Position numbers and translations under genes: made by a program. Shown piece after piece: positions 48,001-55,429 of a stretch of 64,000 nucleotides of DNA. This DNA is from Gammaproteobacteria bacterium (GTDB lineage: Bacteria > Pseudomonadota > Gammaproteobacteria > Eutrophobiales > Eutrophobiaceae). The stretch is taken from positions 4,212,538 through 4,276,537 of the forward strand of contig OZ244846.1 of assembly GCA_965220815.1 (NCBI GenBank), given 5' to 3'. Position 1 is the first letter of the stretch. Each line of letters begins with the position of its first letter. The notes under the pieces are model-generated. The model did not search any database. It had not been told where the DNA came from and saw only the letters and a list, made by a program, of their open reading frames with translations.

Positions 48001-48618
48001 GTCCAGGCGTGCAATGGCCAGGTCCGTTTCCTTGAACCAGTTGCCGGTGCGGGCGCTTTCCAGTTTGTCGTTGGTCAGGATTTCAAAGGGCAACTGGAAG
48101 CGGTGAAATAACTCATCCTGCCATTGTTCAGCCAGACTGCCGGGACAGACGACCAGGCAGCGTTCCAGGTCGCCCCGGGCCATCAGCTCCTTGATAAGCA
48201 AGCCCGCCATGATGGTTTTCCCCGCACCCGGATCGTCGGCCAGCAGAAAGCGCAGGGGCTGGCGCGGCAGCATGGTCTCATAGACTGCGGTAATCTGGTG
48301 CGGCAACGGGTCCACCACGGAACTGTGCACTGCCAGCAAGGGATCGAACAGGTGAGCCAGATGAATACGCAACGCTTCGGAAACCAGACGGAACCGAGCG
48401 CCATCCCCATCGAAACCCCAGGGCCTGCCGGCCGTCACGCTCTGTAGTCTGGCCTCGTCCTGGCGGTACAGTATCTCGTTGGCTACCTTGCCCGACGAGG
48501 TTTTATAGGTCAGTTCCAGCGCCTCGGAACCGAACCAGCGGACACTGACTACGCTAACGCTCTCATTGGCAAGAATACCCTCAACGGTGGCATCGGCTTT
48601 GAGGTCTTCGAGTTTCAT
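45040..48618 (-). CDS. SNF2/DEAH-family helicase with a C-terminal DUF3883 (PD-(D/E)xK-like) domain
   Basis: 1192 aa. Motif I LADDPGAGKTIMAG, II VVCDEAHKM, III LMTATPHNGK and VI NPNRIEQRFGRVHRIGQ. C-terminal KLGYDIES...LRFIEVKGR nuclease-like core. Confidence 0.85.
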   Translation of the reverse strand: MKLEDLKADATVEGILANESVSVVSVRWFGSEALELTYKTSSGKVANEILYRQDEARLQSVTAGRPWGFDGDGARFRLVSEALRIHLAHLFDPLLAVHSSVVDPLPHQITAVYETMLPRQPLRFLLADDPGAGKTIMAGLLIKELMARGDLERCLVVCPGSLAEQWQDELFHRFQLPFEILTNDKLESARTGNWFKETDLAIARLDKLSRNEDIQHKLQAQDCGWDLVVCDEAHKMSARYFGGEISYTKRYRLGQLLSGITRHFLLMTATPHNGKEEDFRLFMALLDGDRFEGRLRDGSDTTDASDLMRRMIKEKLLRFDGMPLFPERIAYTVAYQLSDLEENLYRAVTDYVREEFNRAEALSNGTRAGTVGFALTILQRRLASSPEAIYQSLRRRRERLQGRLQELETLQRKGHSTAEPMSSGAYLDKDDLEDMDDAPGDEIESAEEEILDQATAAGSITELEAEIYTLKKLETLATRVRSSGLDAKWKELSGLLEKIFTSAGSSNRIGEPEPRYRTGKIPEPEASPRQKLVIFTEHRDTLTYLQQRITTFQGRSEAVVLIHGGMKREDRNNAQESFRNDPQVQVLIATDAASEGINLQRAHLMVNYDLPWNPNRIEQRFGRVHRIGQTEVCHLWNLVAEGTREGDVYRTLLEKLEQARQALGGQVFDVLGKLEFDGKPLSELMVEAIRYGEQPEVRARLATTVGGALEQDKVRDLLDDHALVHDVMDTSRVHKIREQMERAQLRRLQPYFIELFLREAFQTVGGTIKQREPRRYEITHVPAALKNKDGHNDAGIRVQSRYERITFDKSLVSAPGCPLAAFICPGHPLLDSVTALVLERYRPLLRRGAILVDEQDAGTAPRVLFYLEHAIQDASLTRSGERRIISKRILYVETDEQGNTVHLHNAPHLDYRPLTDAEPECGQILRRAECRWINHALEDVILRYTIARVVPEHLQEVRETKLTLIEKTEAAVKERLTKEIAYWDRRAEDLKLKEQAGKSGARLNSGEARKRADLLQERLTRRLEQLKQEAQISALPPVALGGALVVPLGLIDKIRGHTPASTTHTTDTQAAAARARAIIMETERSLGFIPVDRETEKLGYDIESAVPDSGRLRFIEVKGRVAGAPTITVTRNEILYSLNKPDDFILAIVEFLEDGRHNVHYIRKPFSKEPDTMAASVNYDFKELLARVEKPS

Positions 48619-49562
48619 GCCACATTCAACGCCCCCACCAGTTCCGTTACATTGTCAAGTCCGTGTCTGTCCAGGTATTGCACGATGCCGGCGTTGATCT
48701 TTTTGCACACCAGCGGGTCGTAGAACAGGGCGGTGCCTATGCCGATGGCGCTGGCGCCGGCAAGGAAAAATTCCAGGGCATCAGTCGCCGTGGTGATTCC
48801 GCCCTGCCCTATTATCGGTATGTTCTTTTCCCTGCATACCCGGTACACCTGCCAGGTCTTCAGCAAAGCGATGGGCTTGATGGCCGGGCCGGACAGCCCG
48901 CCCTGGTTGGTCCCGATAACGGGCGTGCGCGTATCCAGGTCGACTGCCATACCGGTGATGGTGTTGATCACAGCCAGGGCGTCACTGCCGGCGGCGATGC
49001 AACGGCGCGCATTTTCAACGATATCGGTCTGGTTCGGCGACAGCTTGGTTATGAGCGGCTTGTCCGTCTCGCGCCGGCACGCCGCTACGACCTGCGCCGA
49101 CATCTCCGGGTAATTGCCGAAGCTGACGCCCCCCTCCTTGATGTTAGGACAGGAAATGTTGATCTCTATGGCGTCAATCGGTGAGTCATGGAAGATACGG
49201 GTTACCTCCGCGTATTCCTCGATCGTGGACCCGCACACGTTGGCGATAAACCGGGTTTCGGAAAAATCCAGCCCCGGCAGGTATTCATCCACCACCTCGC
49301 GTGCCCCGGGGTTTTGCAGCCCGATGGAGTTCAGCATGCCCATGTACGTTTCTGCGATACGGTGCGCGGGGTTGCCAAGACGCGGCTCCAGCGTCGTTCC
49401 TTTGAGACAGACAGCGCCGGCATCCCGGTTGGAGAAACCCTTGACCCGGGTATATTCTTCGCCGAATCCGACGCAGCCGGACAACAGCACCAGGGGCGTG
49501 TCGAAGCGCAAACCGCAGAAGTCGATAGCGAGCCTGTTACCGGTTTTAGACATATATCTCAA
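48615..49562 (-). CDS. pyrD: Dihydroorotate dehydrogenase, class 1B-like catalytic subunit
   Basis: 315-aa TIM-barrel flavoprotein pattern (GLRFDTPLVLLSGCVGFG...LNSIGLQNPG...IEINISCPNI...GGLSGPAIKPIAL...IIGQGGI). The stop overlaps the helicase start (ATGA). No pyrK-like partner is seen in the window. Confidence 0.7.
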   Translation of the reverse strand: MRYMSKTGNRLAIDFCGLRFDTPLVLLSGCVGFGEEYTRVKGFSNRDAGAVCLKGTTLEPRLGNPAHRIAETYMGMLNSIGLQNPGAREVVDEYLPGLDFSETRFIANVCGSTIEEYAEVTRIFHDSPIDAIEINISCPNIKEGGVSFGNYPEMSAQVVAACRRETDKPLITKLSPNQTDIVENARRCIAAGSDALAVINTITGMAVDLDTRTPVIGTNQGGLSGPAIKPIALLKTWQVYRVCREKNIPIIGQGGITTATDALEFFLAGASAIGIGTALFYDPLVCKKINAGIVQYLDRHGLDNVTELVGALNVA

Positions 49563-49567
49563 TTTGT

Positions 49568-49664
49568 GGGGTCAGAGTAAAATCACCAATTGCCGGGGTC
49601 AGAGTAATGTCTGGCGGAAGCCCGGGGTCAGAGTAAGTGTCGCCAGAATGTTTACTCTGACCCC
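49568..49664. repeat. REP family 1 cluster: three tandem left arms plus one right arm
   Basis: ggggtcagagtaa at 49568-49580, 49595-49607 and 49624-49636. ttactctgacccc at 49652-49664. Confidence 0.85.
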
Positions 49665-49766
49665 ATTTATTCCTGCTATTGTATATAATGTCTTGCCGGT
49701 CATGTTCATCGCTTGTATTTTAACCCGTATATTGAAAAAAACCCGGCGTTTTCATTTACCGTTTCA

Positions 49767-50870
49767 ATGGCTGATAATAATAACCACGCTTTCGTTGAGT
49801 TCTCGGATGTCAGCAAGAGCTATGACGGGCGGACATTTTCGGTCCTGGACTTCAGCCTGAGCGTCAAACGCGGCGAATTCGTCACTTTGCTCGGGCCGTC
49901 CGGGTCCGGCAAGACCACTTGCCTGAAGATGCTGGCAGGCTTCGAGGAACCCAGCAGCGGTGAGATATGGCTGAACGGCCGGCCCGTCAACCAGGTGAAG
50001 CCATGGAAAAGGAACATAGGTGTCGTGTTCCAGCACTATGCCCTGTTCCCCCACATGACGATCGCCGAAAACCTCGCGTTTCCCCTGCAGGCGCGCCGTA
50101 TTGCCGGTAATGAGATAGAACGGAGCGTTATGCGCGCCCTGGACATGGTGCAGTTGCGGGATTTTGCCGGGCGCCGGCCCGCACACCTGTCCGGAGGCCA
50201 GCAGCAACGGGTCGCCATCGCCCGCGCCCTGGTGTTCGAACCGGACCTGATATTGATGGACGAACCCCTGGGCGCCCTGGACCGCCGCCTGCGCGAAGAG
50301 ATGCAGTATGAAATAAGGAACCTGCAGCAACGGCTGGGAGTGACGATGATCTACGTGACCCATGACCAGGGCGAAGCCATGGTCTTGTCGGACCGGGTCG
50401 CGGTCATGGACCAGGGGCGCATCTGCCAGGTGGCCTCACCGGAGGCCCTGTACGAGGAACCGCAACGCCTGTTCGTGGCCAATTTCATCGGCGAGAACAA
50501 CCAGGTCGAGGGGCGGATAGTCGAATGGAGCCCGGACGAGTGCCGGGTGGAGGTGGCCGGACAAACTGTGCGGGCATTCCCCGTGGCAGTTAATGAAAAC
50601 GATTCGCATACCTGTCTCACCATCCGACCGGAGAGAGTGGCGCTGAACCCGGCTCCGGACCTCTACCCCAATTGCTTCGAGGCTGAAGTGGAAGATATTA
50701 TTTTCATGGGCGATTACCTGCGTATTCATGCCGCGCTCCTTGGGCATTCGCAGTTTATCGTCAAGATCCCCAATGTCATCGGACACGGGGGAATCCTGCC
50801 GGGGGATACCGTCACGCTGGGCTGGCTGGTCACCGATTGCCGGGCGCTGGATGGCGGGGGTTTGGAATGA
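49767..50870 (+). CDS. ABC transporter ATP-binding protein (PotA/polyamine-type)
   Basis: Start [12 protein letters not shown]. Walker [10 protein letters not shown], signature [15 protein letters not shown], Walker [13 protein letters not shown], and a C-terminal TOBE-like domain. Confidence 0.85.
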   Translation: MADNNNHAFVEFSDVSKSYDGRTFSVLDFSLSVKRGEFVTLLGPSGSGKTTCLKMLAGFEEPSSGEIWLNGRPVNQVKPWKRNIGVVFQHYALFPHMTIAENLAFPLQARRIAGNEIERSVMRALDMVQLRDFAGRRPAHLSGGQQQRVAIARALVFEPDLILMDEPLGALDRRLREEMQYEIRNLQQRLGVTMIYVTHDQGEAMVLSDRVAVMDQGRICQVASPEALYEEPQRLFVANFIGENNQVEGRIVEWSPDECRVEVAGQTVRAFPVAVNENDSHTCLTIRPERVALNPAPDLYPNCFEAEVEDIIFMGDYLRIHAALLGHSQFIVKIPNVIGHGGILPGDTVTLGWLVTDCRALDGGGLE

Positions 50871-50895
50871 CCTCCCGTCGTCATGCCGAAAGCCC

Positions 50896-50935
50896 GGGGT
50901 CAGAGTAAGAAATTCGAAGACATTACTCTGACCTC
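50896..50935. repeat. REP family 1 copy
   Basis: ggggtcagagtaagaaattcgaagacattactctgacctc. Differs from the 35772 copy at only one base. Confidence 0.85.
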
Positions 50936-50965
50936 ATATATTAAAAAATCAGAGGAGAAAACCAG

Positions 50966-52063
50966 GTGAATACAATCAAGACATCAACCCGTCTCATTGC
51001 CGCCCTGGCTGCAGTCATCGCGGCCTTCCCGTCCGCCGCCCAGGAAGACGACTTCATTACCGTCGTGTCCTGGGGCGGTTCCTACGCCAGGAGTTCGGTG
51101 AAGGCGTATCACGATCGCTTTGTCGAGGAAACCGGCATCCAAATCAAGCTGGATGAGTACAACGGCGGCCTTGCCCAGATAAGGGCGCAGGCGGAAACCG
51201 GCAACGTGTCCTGGGACGTGGTCGATATGGAGGCCGGCGATGCATTACTGGGCTGCGACGAGGGCCTGCTTGAAACTGCCGACTACGACAGTCTTCCCCC
51301 GGCGCCGGACGGTACTCCCGCTACCGAGGATTTCCTGGACGTCTTTGATGTCGAATGCGGCGTAAAAAACCTCATTTACAGTACGGTGTATGCCTATAAC
51401 GACACGCTTTTCCCCGGACAAAAGCCGGAGACCATGGCTGACTTCTTCGACCTTGAGAAGTTTCCGGGTCGCCGGGGCATGCGCCGCACCCCCAACACGA
51501 ACCTGGAATTCGCCCTGGTCGCGGACGGCGTGGCAGCCGGCGAGGTCTATGAGGTTCTCTCCACCCAGGAAGGCATCGCCCGCGCCTTCCGCAAACTGGA
51601 CACCGTCAAGAGCCAGGTCGTCTGGTGGGAGGCCGGCGCGCAACCCCCGCAGATGCTGGCCGACGGCGAGGTGGTCATGAGCACGGCCTTCAACGGGCGT
51701 ATTTTCAACGCCTGGGCACTGGAAAAACAGCCGCTGACCATCGTCTGGGACGGCCAGGTTCTGGCCACGGGCTACCAGGTCATTGTCGCCGGCACGCCAA
51801 AGCTGGAGCTGGCCCGGCAGTTTGTCGCGTTCGCCACCAGCACCCGGTCCCTGGCCAACCTGACAAAATATATTTCCTATGGTCCCTTGCGCCGTTCCTC
51901 CCTGGCGCTGGTGGACAAACACGAGGAAACCGGCATCGAGATGGAGCCGCACCTGCCCAATGCGCCGCAGAACATCGCCAACGCAGTCCTGGAAGACCCC
52001 GAATGGTGGGCAGACAACCAGGACGAGATGAACGAACGTTTTGCCGCCTGGTTGATTAAATAG
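50966..52063 (+). CDS. ABC transporter periplasmic substrate-binding protein (PotD/PotF-like)
   Basis: GTG start with an AGAGGAG RBS. Signal peptide LIAALAAVIAAFPSAAQ. 365 aa. Confidence 0.8.
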   Translation: MNTIKTSTRLIAALAAVIAAFPSAAQEDDFITVVSWGGSYARSSVKAYHDRFVEETGIQIKLDEYNGGLAQIRAQAETGNVSWDVVDMEAGDALLGCDEGLLETADYDSLPPAPDGTPATEDFLDVFDVECGVKNLIYSTVYAYNDTLFPGQKPETMADFFDLEKFPGRRGMRRTPNTNLEFALVADGVAAGEVYEVLSTQEGIARAFRKLDTVKSQVVWWEAGAQPPQMLADGEVVMSTAFNGRIFNAWALEKQPLTIVWDGQVLATGYQVIVAGTPKLELARQFVAFATSTRSLANLTKYISYGPLRRSSLALVDKHEETGIEMEPHLPNAPQNIANAVLEDPEWWADNQDEMNERFAAWLIK

Positions 52064-52067
52064 ATCT

Positions 52068-52108
52068 GGGGTCAGAGTAAGTGTTGCCAGAATTTTTACT
52101 CTGACCCC
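52068..52108. repeat. REP family 1 copy
   Basis: ggggtcagagtaagtgttgccagaatttttactctgacccc. Confidence 0.9.
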
Positions 52109-52128
52109 TGGGTTACATCAAGTGATCT

Positions 52129-52230
52129 ATCCGCAGATGACGCAGATTAACGCAGATGTTTTTTTGTAATTAAGGGTATGGAAATGAAACCCCTTAAATT
52201 AATCTGCGTTAATCCGCGTCATCGGCGGAT
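52129..52230. repeat. ~100-bp imperfect inverted repeat (family 3) enclosing the RBS and start codon of the permease gene
   Basis: Left arm atccgcagatgacgcagattaacgcagat (52129-52157) and right arm atctgcgttaatccgcgtcatcggcggat (52202-52230) are complementary at 27 of 29 positions. Inner pairing is ttaaggg / cccttaa. ATGs at 52178 and 52184 sit in the loop. Confidence 0.8.
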
Positions 52231-53401
52231 AAATATTAATCTGTTGCTGGCGCTGCCCCTGACCGCGTTCATCCTGGTGACGTTTATCGCCCCCCTGGGC
52301 AGCATGTTCATGCGCAGCCTGTACGATCCCCTGGTTGCGGATATCATGCCCGAAACCGTTGCCGCACTGGGGCGATGGGACGGAACAGACCTGCCGCCGG
52401 AGCAGGTTTTCGCCCTGGCGGCGCGGGAACTCGAGCGGGCGCGGGAAGATAAGACCATAGGCAAACTCGCAACCCGGCTGAACCGGGACACCTCGGGACT
52501 GCGCAGTGCGGTCATGCGCACCGGCAGGGGTCTGAAACGGGGGGGTGAACCTCCCTGGTCCGAGACCCTGCCGGCCATTAATGCGGCGTGGGGAGAACCG
52601 GCGATCTGGCAGGCGCTGGCCCGCACCGGCGCGCGGGTCACGCCTGTGTATTACCTGAACGCGGTCGACCTGACCTTCGGCAGTGACGGCGGCATCGTCC
52701 GCCAACCGGAAGAACGCCGCATCTATACCGCCCTGTTCATCAAGACCATCCGGGTCAGCCTGACCATCACACTGCTGTGCCTGGCCATTGGTTACCCGGT
52801 GGCTTACCTGATCGCCCATTCGCCGCCGCGACTGAGCCGCCTGCTGCTCGTGCTGGTGCTGGTGCCTTTCTGGACGTCACTGCTGGTGCGCACCACGTCC
52901 TGGATCGTGCTGCTGCAGCAACAGGGCGTGGTCAACGACCTGCTGGTACGGTTCGGTCTCATCCCGGACGAACAGCGCTTGACCATGATCCATAACATGA
53001 CCGGCACCCTGGTAGCGATGACGCACGTGCTGCTGCCGTTCATGATCCTGCCGCTTTATTCCGTGATGCGCGGCATCCCCGCGGTGCAGATGCAGGCGGC
53101 CATGTCGCTGGGAGCCTCCTGGCCCAGGGCTTTCTACCGGGTTTACCTGCCGCAGTCACTGCCGGGTGTGGGGGCCGGTTGCCTGCTGGTCTTCATCCTG
53201 GCCATAGGCTATTACATCACACCGGCGCTGGTGGGAGGTCAGAGCGGCCAGTTGATATCCAACTTCATCGCCTACCATATACAGACTTCACTGAACTGGG
53301 GTCTGGCCGCGGCGCTGGGGTGTGTCTTGTTCATTGCCGTGCTGCTGTTGTTCCTGCTCTACGACCGGGTGCTGGGCTTGGATAGAATGAAGCTGGGATG
53401 A
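52178..53401 (+). CDS. ABC transporter permease (PotB-like)
   Basis: 407-aa polytopic protein with an ABC permease EAA-like region (AAMSLGASWPRAFYRVYLP). The first ~17 codons are encoded by the inverted repeat. Confidence 0.8.
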   Translation: MEMKPLKLICVNPRHRRININLLLALPLTAFILVTFIAPLGSMFMRSLYDPLVADIMPETVAALGRWDGTDLPPEQVFALAARELERAREDKTIGKLATRLNRDTSGLRSAVMRTGRGLKRGGEPPWSETLPAINAAWGEPAIWQALARTGARVTPVYYLNAVDLTFGSDGGIVRQPEERRIYTALFIKTIRVSLTITLLCLAIGYPVAYLIAHSPPRLSRLLLVLVLVPFWTSLLVRTTSWIVLLQQQGVVNDLLVRFGLIPDEQRLTMIHNMTGTLVAMTHVLLPFMILPLYSVMRGIPAVQMQAAMSLGASWPRAFYRVYLPQSLPGVGAGCLLVFILAIGYYITPALVGGQSGQLISNFIAYHIQTSLNWGLAAALGCVLFIAVLLLFLLYDRVLGLDRMKLG

Positions 53402-53412
53402 GGAGAATATAT

Positions 53413-53455
53413 GGGGTCAGAGTAAAAATTCTGACGAATTTCTTACTCTGACCCC
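53413..53455. repeat. REP family 1 copy
   Basis: ggggtcagagtaaaaattctgacgaatttcttactctgacccc. Identical to the copy at 56453-56495. Confidence 0.9.
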
Positions 53456-53463
53456 AGGATTAC

Positions 53464-54300
53464 GTGATTACGATGAATATTAACTGGCCTTCATTATTAT
53501 CCGGAAAACTGGTGCTCAGGCTGTTCTGCGGTCTGGCATTCCTGTTCCTGGTCGCGCCGATCCTGGTGATCATCCCCCTGTCCTTCAACGCCGAACCTTA
53601 TTTTACGTTTACCAGGGGCATGCTGGAACTGGACCCGGACGCATATTCCCTGCGTTGGTATGAGCAGGTGATTTTCGGTGAACAATGGCAAAGCGCGGCG
53701 CTGAACTCGCTTATCATAGGCGTGTCGGCGACGGTGCTGGCGACGGTGCTGGGCACGCTGGCGGCCCTGGGCCTGTCCAGCCCGGCGTTGCCGGGGCGTC
53801 GCACCCTGACCGCGCTGCTGATTTCCCCGCTCATAGTGCCTATCGTAATCAGCGCGGCAGGCATGTTTTTCTTCTATTCCAGCCTGAACCTGACCCAGAC
53901 CTATACCGCCCTGGTCCTGTCCCATGCGGCCCTGGGCGCGCCTTTCGTAGTGATCACGGTGACCGCATCCATGGCGGGTTTCAACCGCGAACTGCTGCTG
54001 GCGGCGGCCAGCCTCGGAGCCGGGCCGGCGCGCAGCTTCTTCAGGGTCCAGTTGCCAATCATCAGCCCGGGCGTCATTTCCGGCGCACTGTTCGCATTTG
54101 CCGCGTCGCTGGACGAAGTGGTGGTCGTACTGTTCATGGGCGGCATCGAACAGCGCACTATTCCCAGGGAGATGTGGTCAGGCATACGCGAAGAGATCAG
54201 TCCGGCCATCCTGGCAGCGGCGACTTTCCTGATACTGATTGCGGTCCTGTTGCTGATTACGGTGGAGTTGCTGCAAAAGAGATCAACGGGGTCAGAGTAA
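53464..54300 (+). CDS. ABC transporter permease (PotC-like)
   Basis: 278-aa polytopic protein with an EAA-like region (AAASLGAGPARSFFRVQLP). Ends ...STGSE*, with the stop inside a REP arm. Confidence 0.8.
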   Translation: MITMNINWPSLLSGKLVLRLFCGLAFLFLVAPILVIIPLSFNAEPYFTFTRGMLELDPDAYSLRWYEQVIFGEQWQSAALNSLIIGVSATVLATVLGTLAALGLSSPALPGRRTLTALLISPLIVPIVISAAGMFFFYSSLNLTQTYTALVLSHAALGAPFVVITVTASMAGFNRELLLAAASLGAGPARSFFRVQLPIISPGVISGALFAFAASLDEVVVVLFMGGIEQRTIPREMWSGIREEISPAILAAATFLILIAVLLLITVELLQKRSTGSE

Positions 54301-54316
54301 AGCTTTACTCTGACCC
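54288..54316. repeat. REP family 1 copy (short loop)
   Basis: ggggtcagagtaaagctttactctgaccc. Confidence 0.85.
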
Positions 54317-54370
54317 TTGGGATATTCCTTCGTCATGCCGGGCTTGACCCGGCATCCAGTGAAATGCCGT

Positions 54371-54387
54371 GTCGCCCGGCGGGCGAC
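54371..54387 (+). terminator. Candidate intrinsic terminator between the convergent permease and gpsA genes
   Basis: GC-rich palindrome gtcgcccg-g-cgggcgac followed by tctttgcttg. A second hairpin atgccggg-cttgac-ccggcat lies at 54335-54355. Confidence 0.3.
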
Positions 54388-54434
54388 TCTTTGCTTGACT
54401 GGATTCCCGCCTACGCGCGAATGGCGGAAAGTTA

Positions 54435-55418
54435 TTAACCTGTTTCAGGCCCGGGTTCCCGTGCAAGTAAATCATGCACCGCTTCCTGCGGAGTAACCTT
54501 GCCGTCTATGACGTTCAGGACCTGTTCGCTGATGGGCATGTCCACCGCATACTTCCCGGCAAGCGCGCAGACGACACGGGTTGTATGCAGGCCTTCTACA
54601 GCCTGGCCGATTTCCGCCAGCGCCTGTTCCGGGGTCTTGCCCCGGGCCAGAGCCAGACCCAGGCGCCGGTTCCGGGATTGATCGTCGGTACAGGTGAGCG
54701 TCAGGTCGCCCAGTCCGGACAGTCCCATGAAGGTATCAAGTCTGCCTCCCAGCGCCTGTCCCAGGCGCATGATCTCAGCCAGGCCCCTGGCGATCAGCGC
54801 GGCCCGGGTGTTGGCGCCGTATCGCAGACCGTCGGCAATGCCGGCGGCAATTGCCATGACGTTCTTCACCGCGCCGCCGATCTGTACGCCGACGATATCG
54901 TCGTGGGTATAGGTCCTGAACACTTCACAATGGAACAATTCGGAAAATTCAACGGCGGCGGAAGTGCTCTGTGATGCGATGGTAACCGCGGTGGGCAGCC
55001 CCTCGGCCACTTCCCGCGCGAACGACGGTCCGGATAATACCGCGACAGGCACTCCGGGCAGGTATTGCTCTACCAGCAGGTGGTTAAGCGTCAGGGTGTT
55101 CGGTTCGATGCCCTTGCACGCCAGGCAGATATTGAAATCCCGGTCGGGCAGTGTTTGCAGTTCCCGCAGCACGTCCGCCAATCCGGCGCAGGGGGTCGCG
55201 AGCAAAACATGTCTTACTCCGGCAGGCAAAGGCGTAAAACGGCGCACGACCGTCAGCTTGTCGGGGAATGCATGCCCGGGGAGATGGTGGTTGTTGCATT
55301 TTTCCTCCATCAGCCTGTCCAGGTGCGAGTCGAGACAGTCCCACAGGAAGGTCGGATGCCCGTTGCGCGCCAGCACCAGGGCCAGGGCAGTGCCCCAGGA
55401 ACCCGCGCCGGCAACCAT
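54435..55418 (-). CDS. gpsA: NAD(P)H-dependent glycerol-3-phosphate dehydrogenase
   Basis: The start is taken at the internal ATG (MVAGAGSWGTALALVLARNGH), because the longer ORF would overlap secB. Typical GpsA motifs are present (GALKNV-like GGAVKNVMAIAAG). Confidence 0.85.
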   Translation of the reverse strand: MVAGAGSWGTALALVLARNGHPTFLWDCLDSHLDRLMEEKCNNHHLPGHAFPDKLTVVRRFTPLPAGVRHVLLATPCAGLADVLRELQTLPDRDFNICLACKGIEPNTLTLNHLLVEQYLPGVPVAVLSGPSFAREVAEGLPTAVTIASQSTSAAVEFSELFHCEVFRTYTHDDIVGVQIGGAVKNVMAIAAGIADGLRYGANTRAALIARGLAEIMRLGQALGGRLDTFMGLSGLGDLTLTCTDDQSRNRRLGLALARGKTPEQALAEIGQAVEGLHTTRVVCALAGKYAVDMPISEQVLNVIDGKVTPQEAVHDLLAREPGPETG

Positions 55419-55429
55419 TACCGGGCAAC

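Larger units (their letters stand above)
36808..48618 (-). other. HEPN-DUF499 / DUF1156 methyltransferase / SNF2-DUF3883 helicase defence-type island with nested toxin-antitoxin and a 2-gene insert
   Basis: Seven collinear minus-strand genes. Three large genes carry ATPase, N6-MTase and helicase/nuclease motifs. No REP family 1 copies occur inside. Confidence 0.75.

Noticed and set aside
36808-48618. Possibility that the second island is a DISARM, BREX or type I R-M system.
   Set aside because: No DUF1998/DrmB, PLD/DrmC, PglZ, BrxL, BrxA/B, HsdS or HsdR-like ORFs were recognised. Only the DUF499, DUF1156 and SNF2-DUF3883 genes plus nested cargo are present.
49568-49664. Three direct copies of a 13-nt motif spaced 27-29 nt apart, superficially like a mini CRISPR array.
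   Set aside because: The repeat unit is only the 13-nt left arm of the dispersed REP family, and a right arm closes the structure. No cas genes or leader are present, and the same motif occurs singly throughout the window.
54335-54420. Additional hairpins (atgccgggcttgacccggcat; ctggattcccgcctacgcgcgaatggcgg) resembling repeat families common in other proteobacteria.
   Set aside because: There is only one clear copy in the window, plus a weak partial near 50871-50892. This is insufficient to call a family, and the hairpins more plausibly act as terminator structures between convergent genes.
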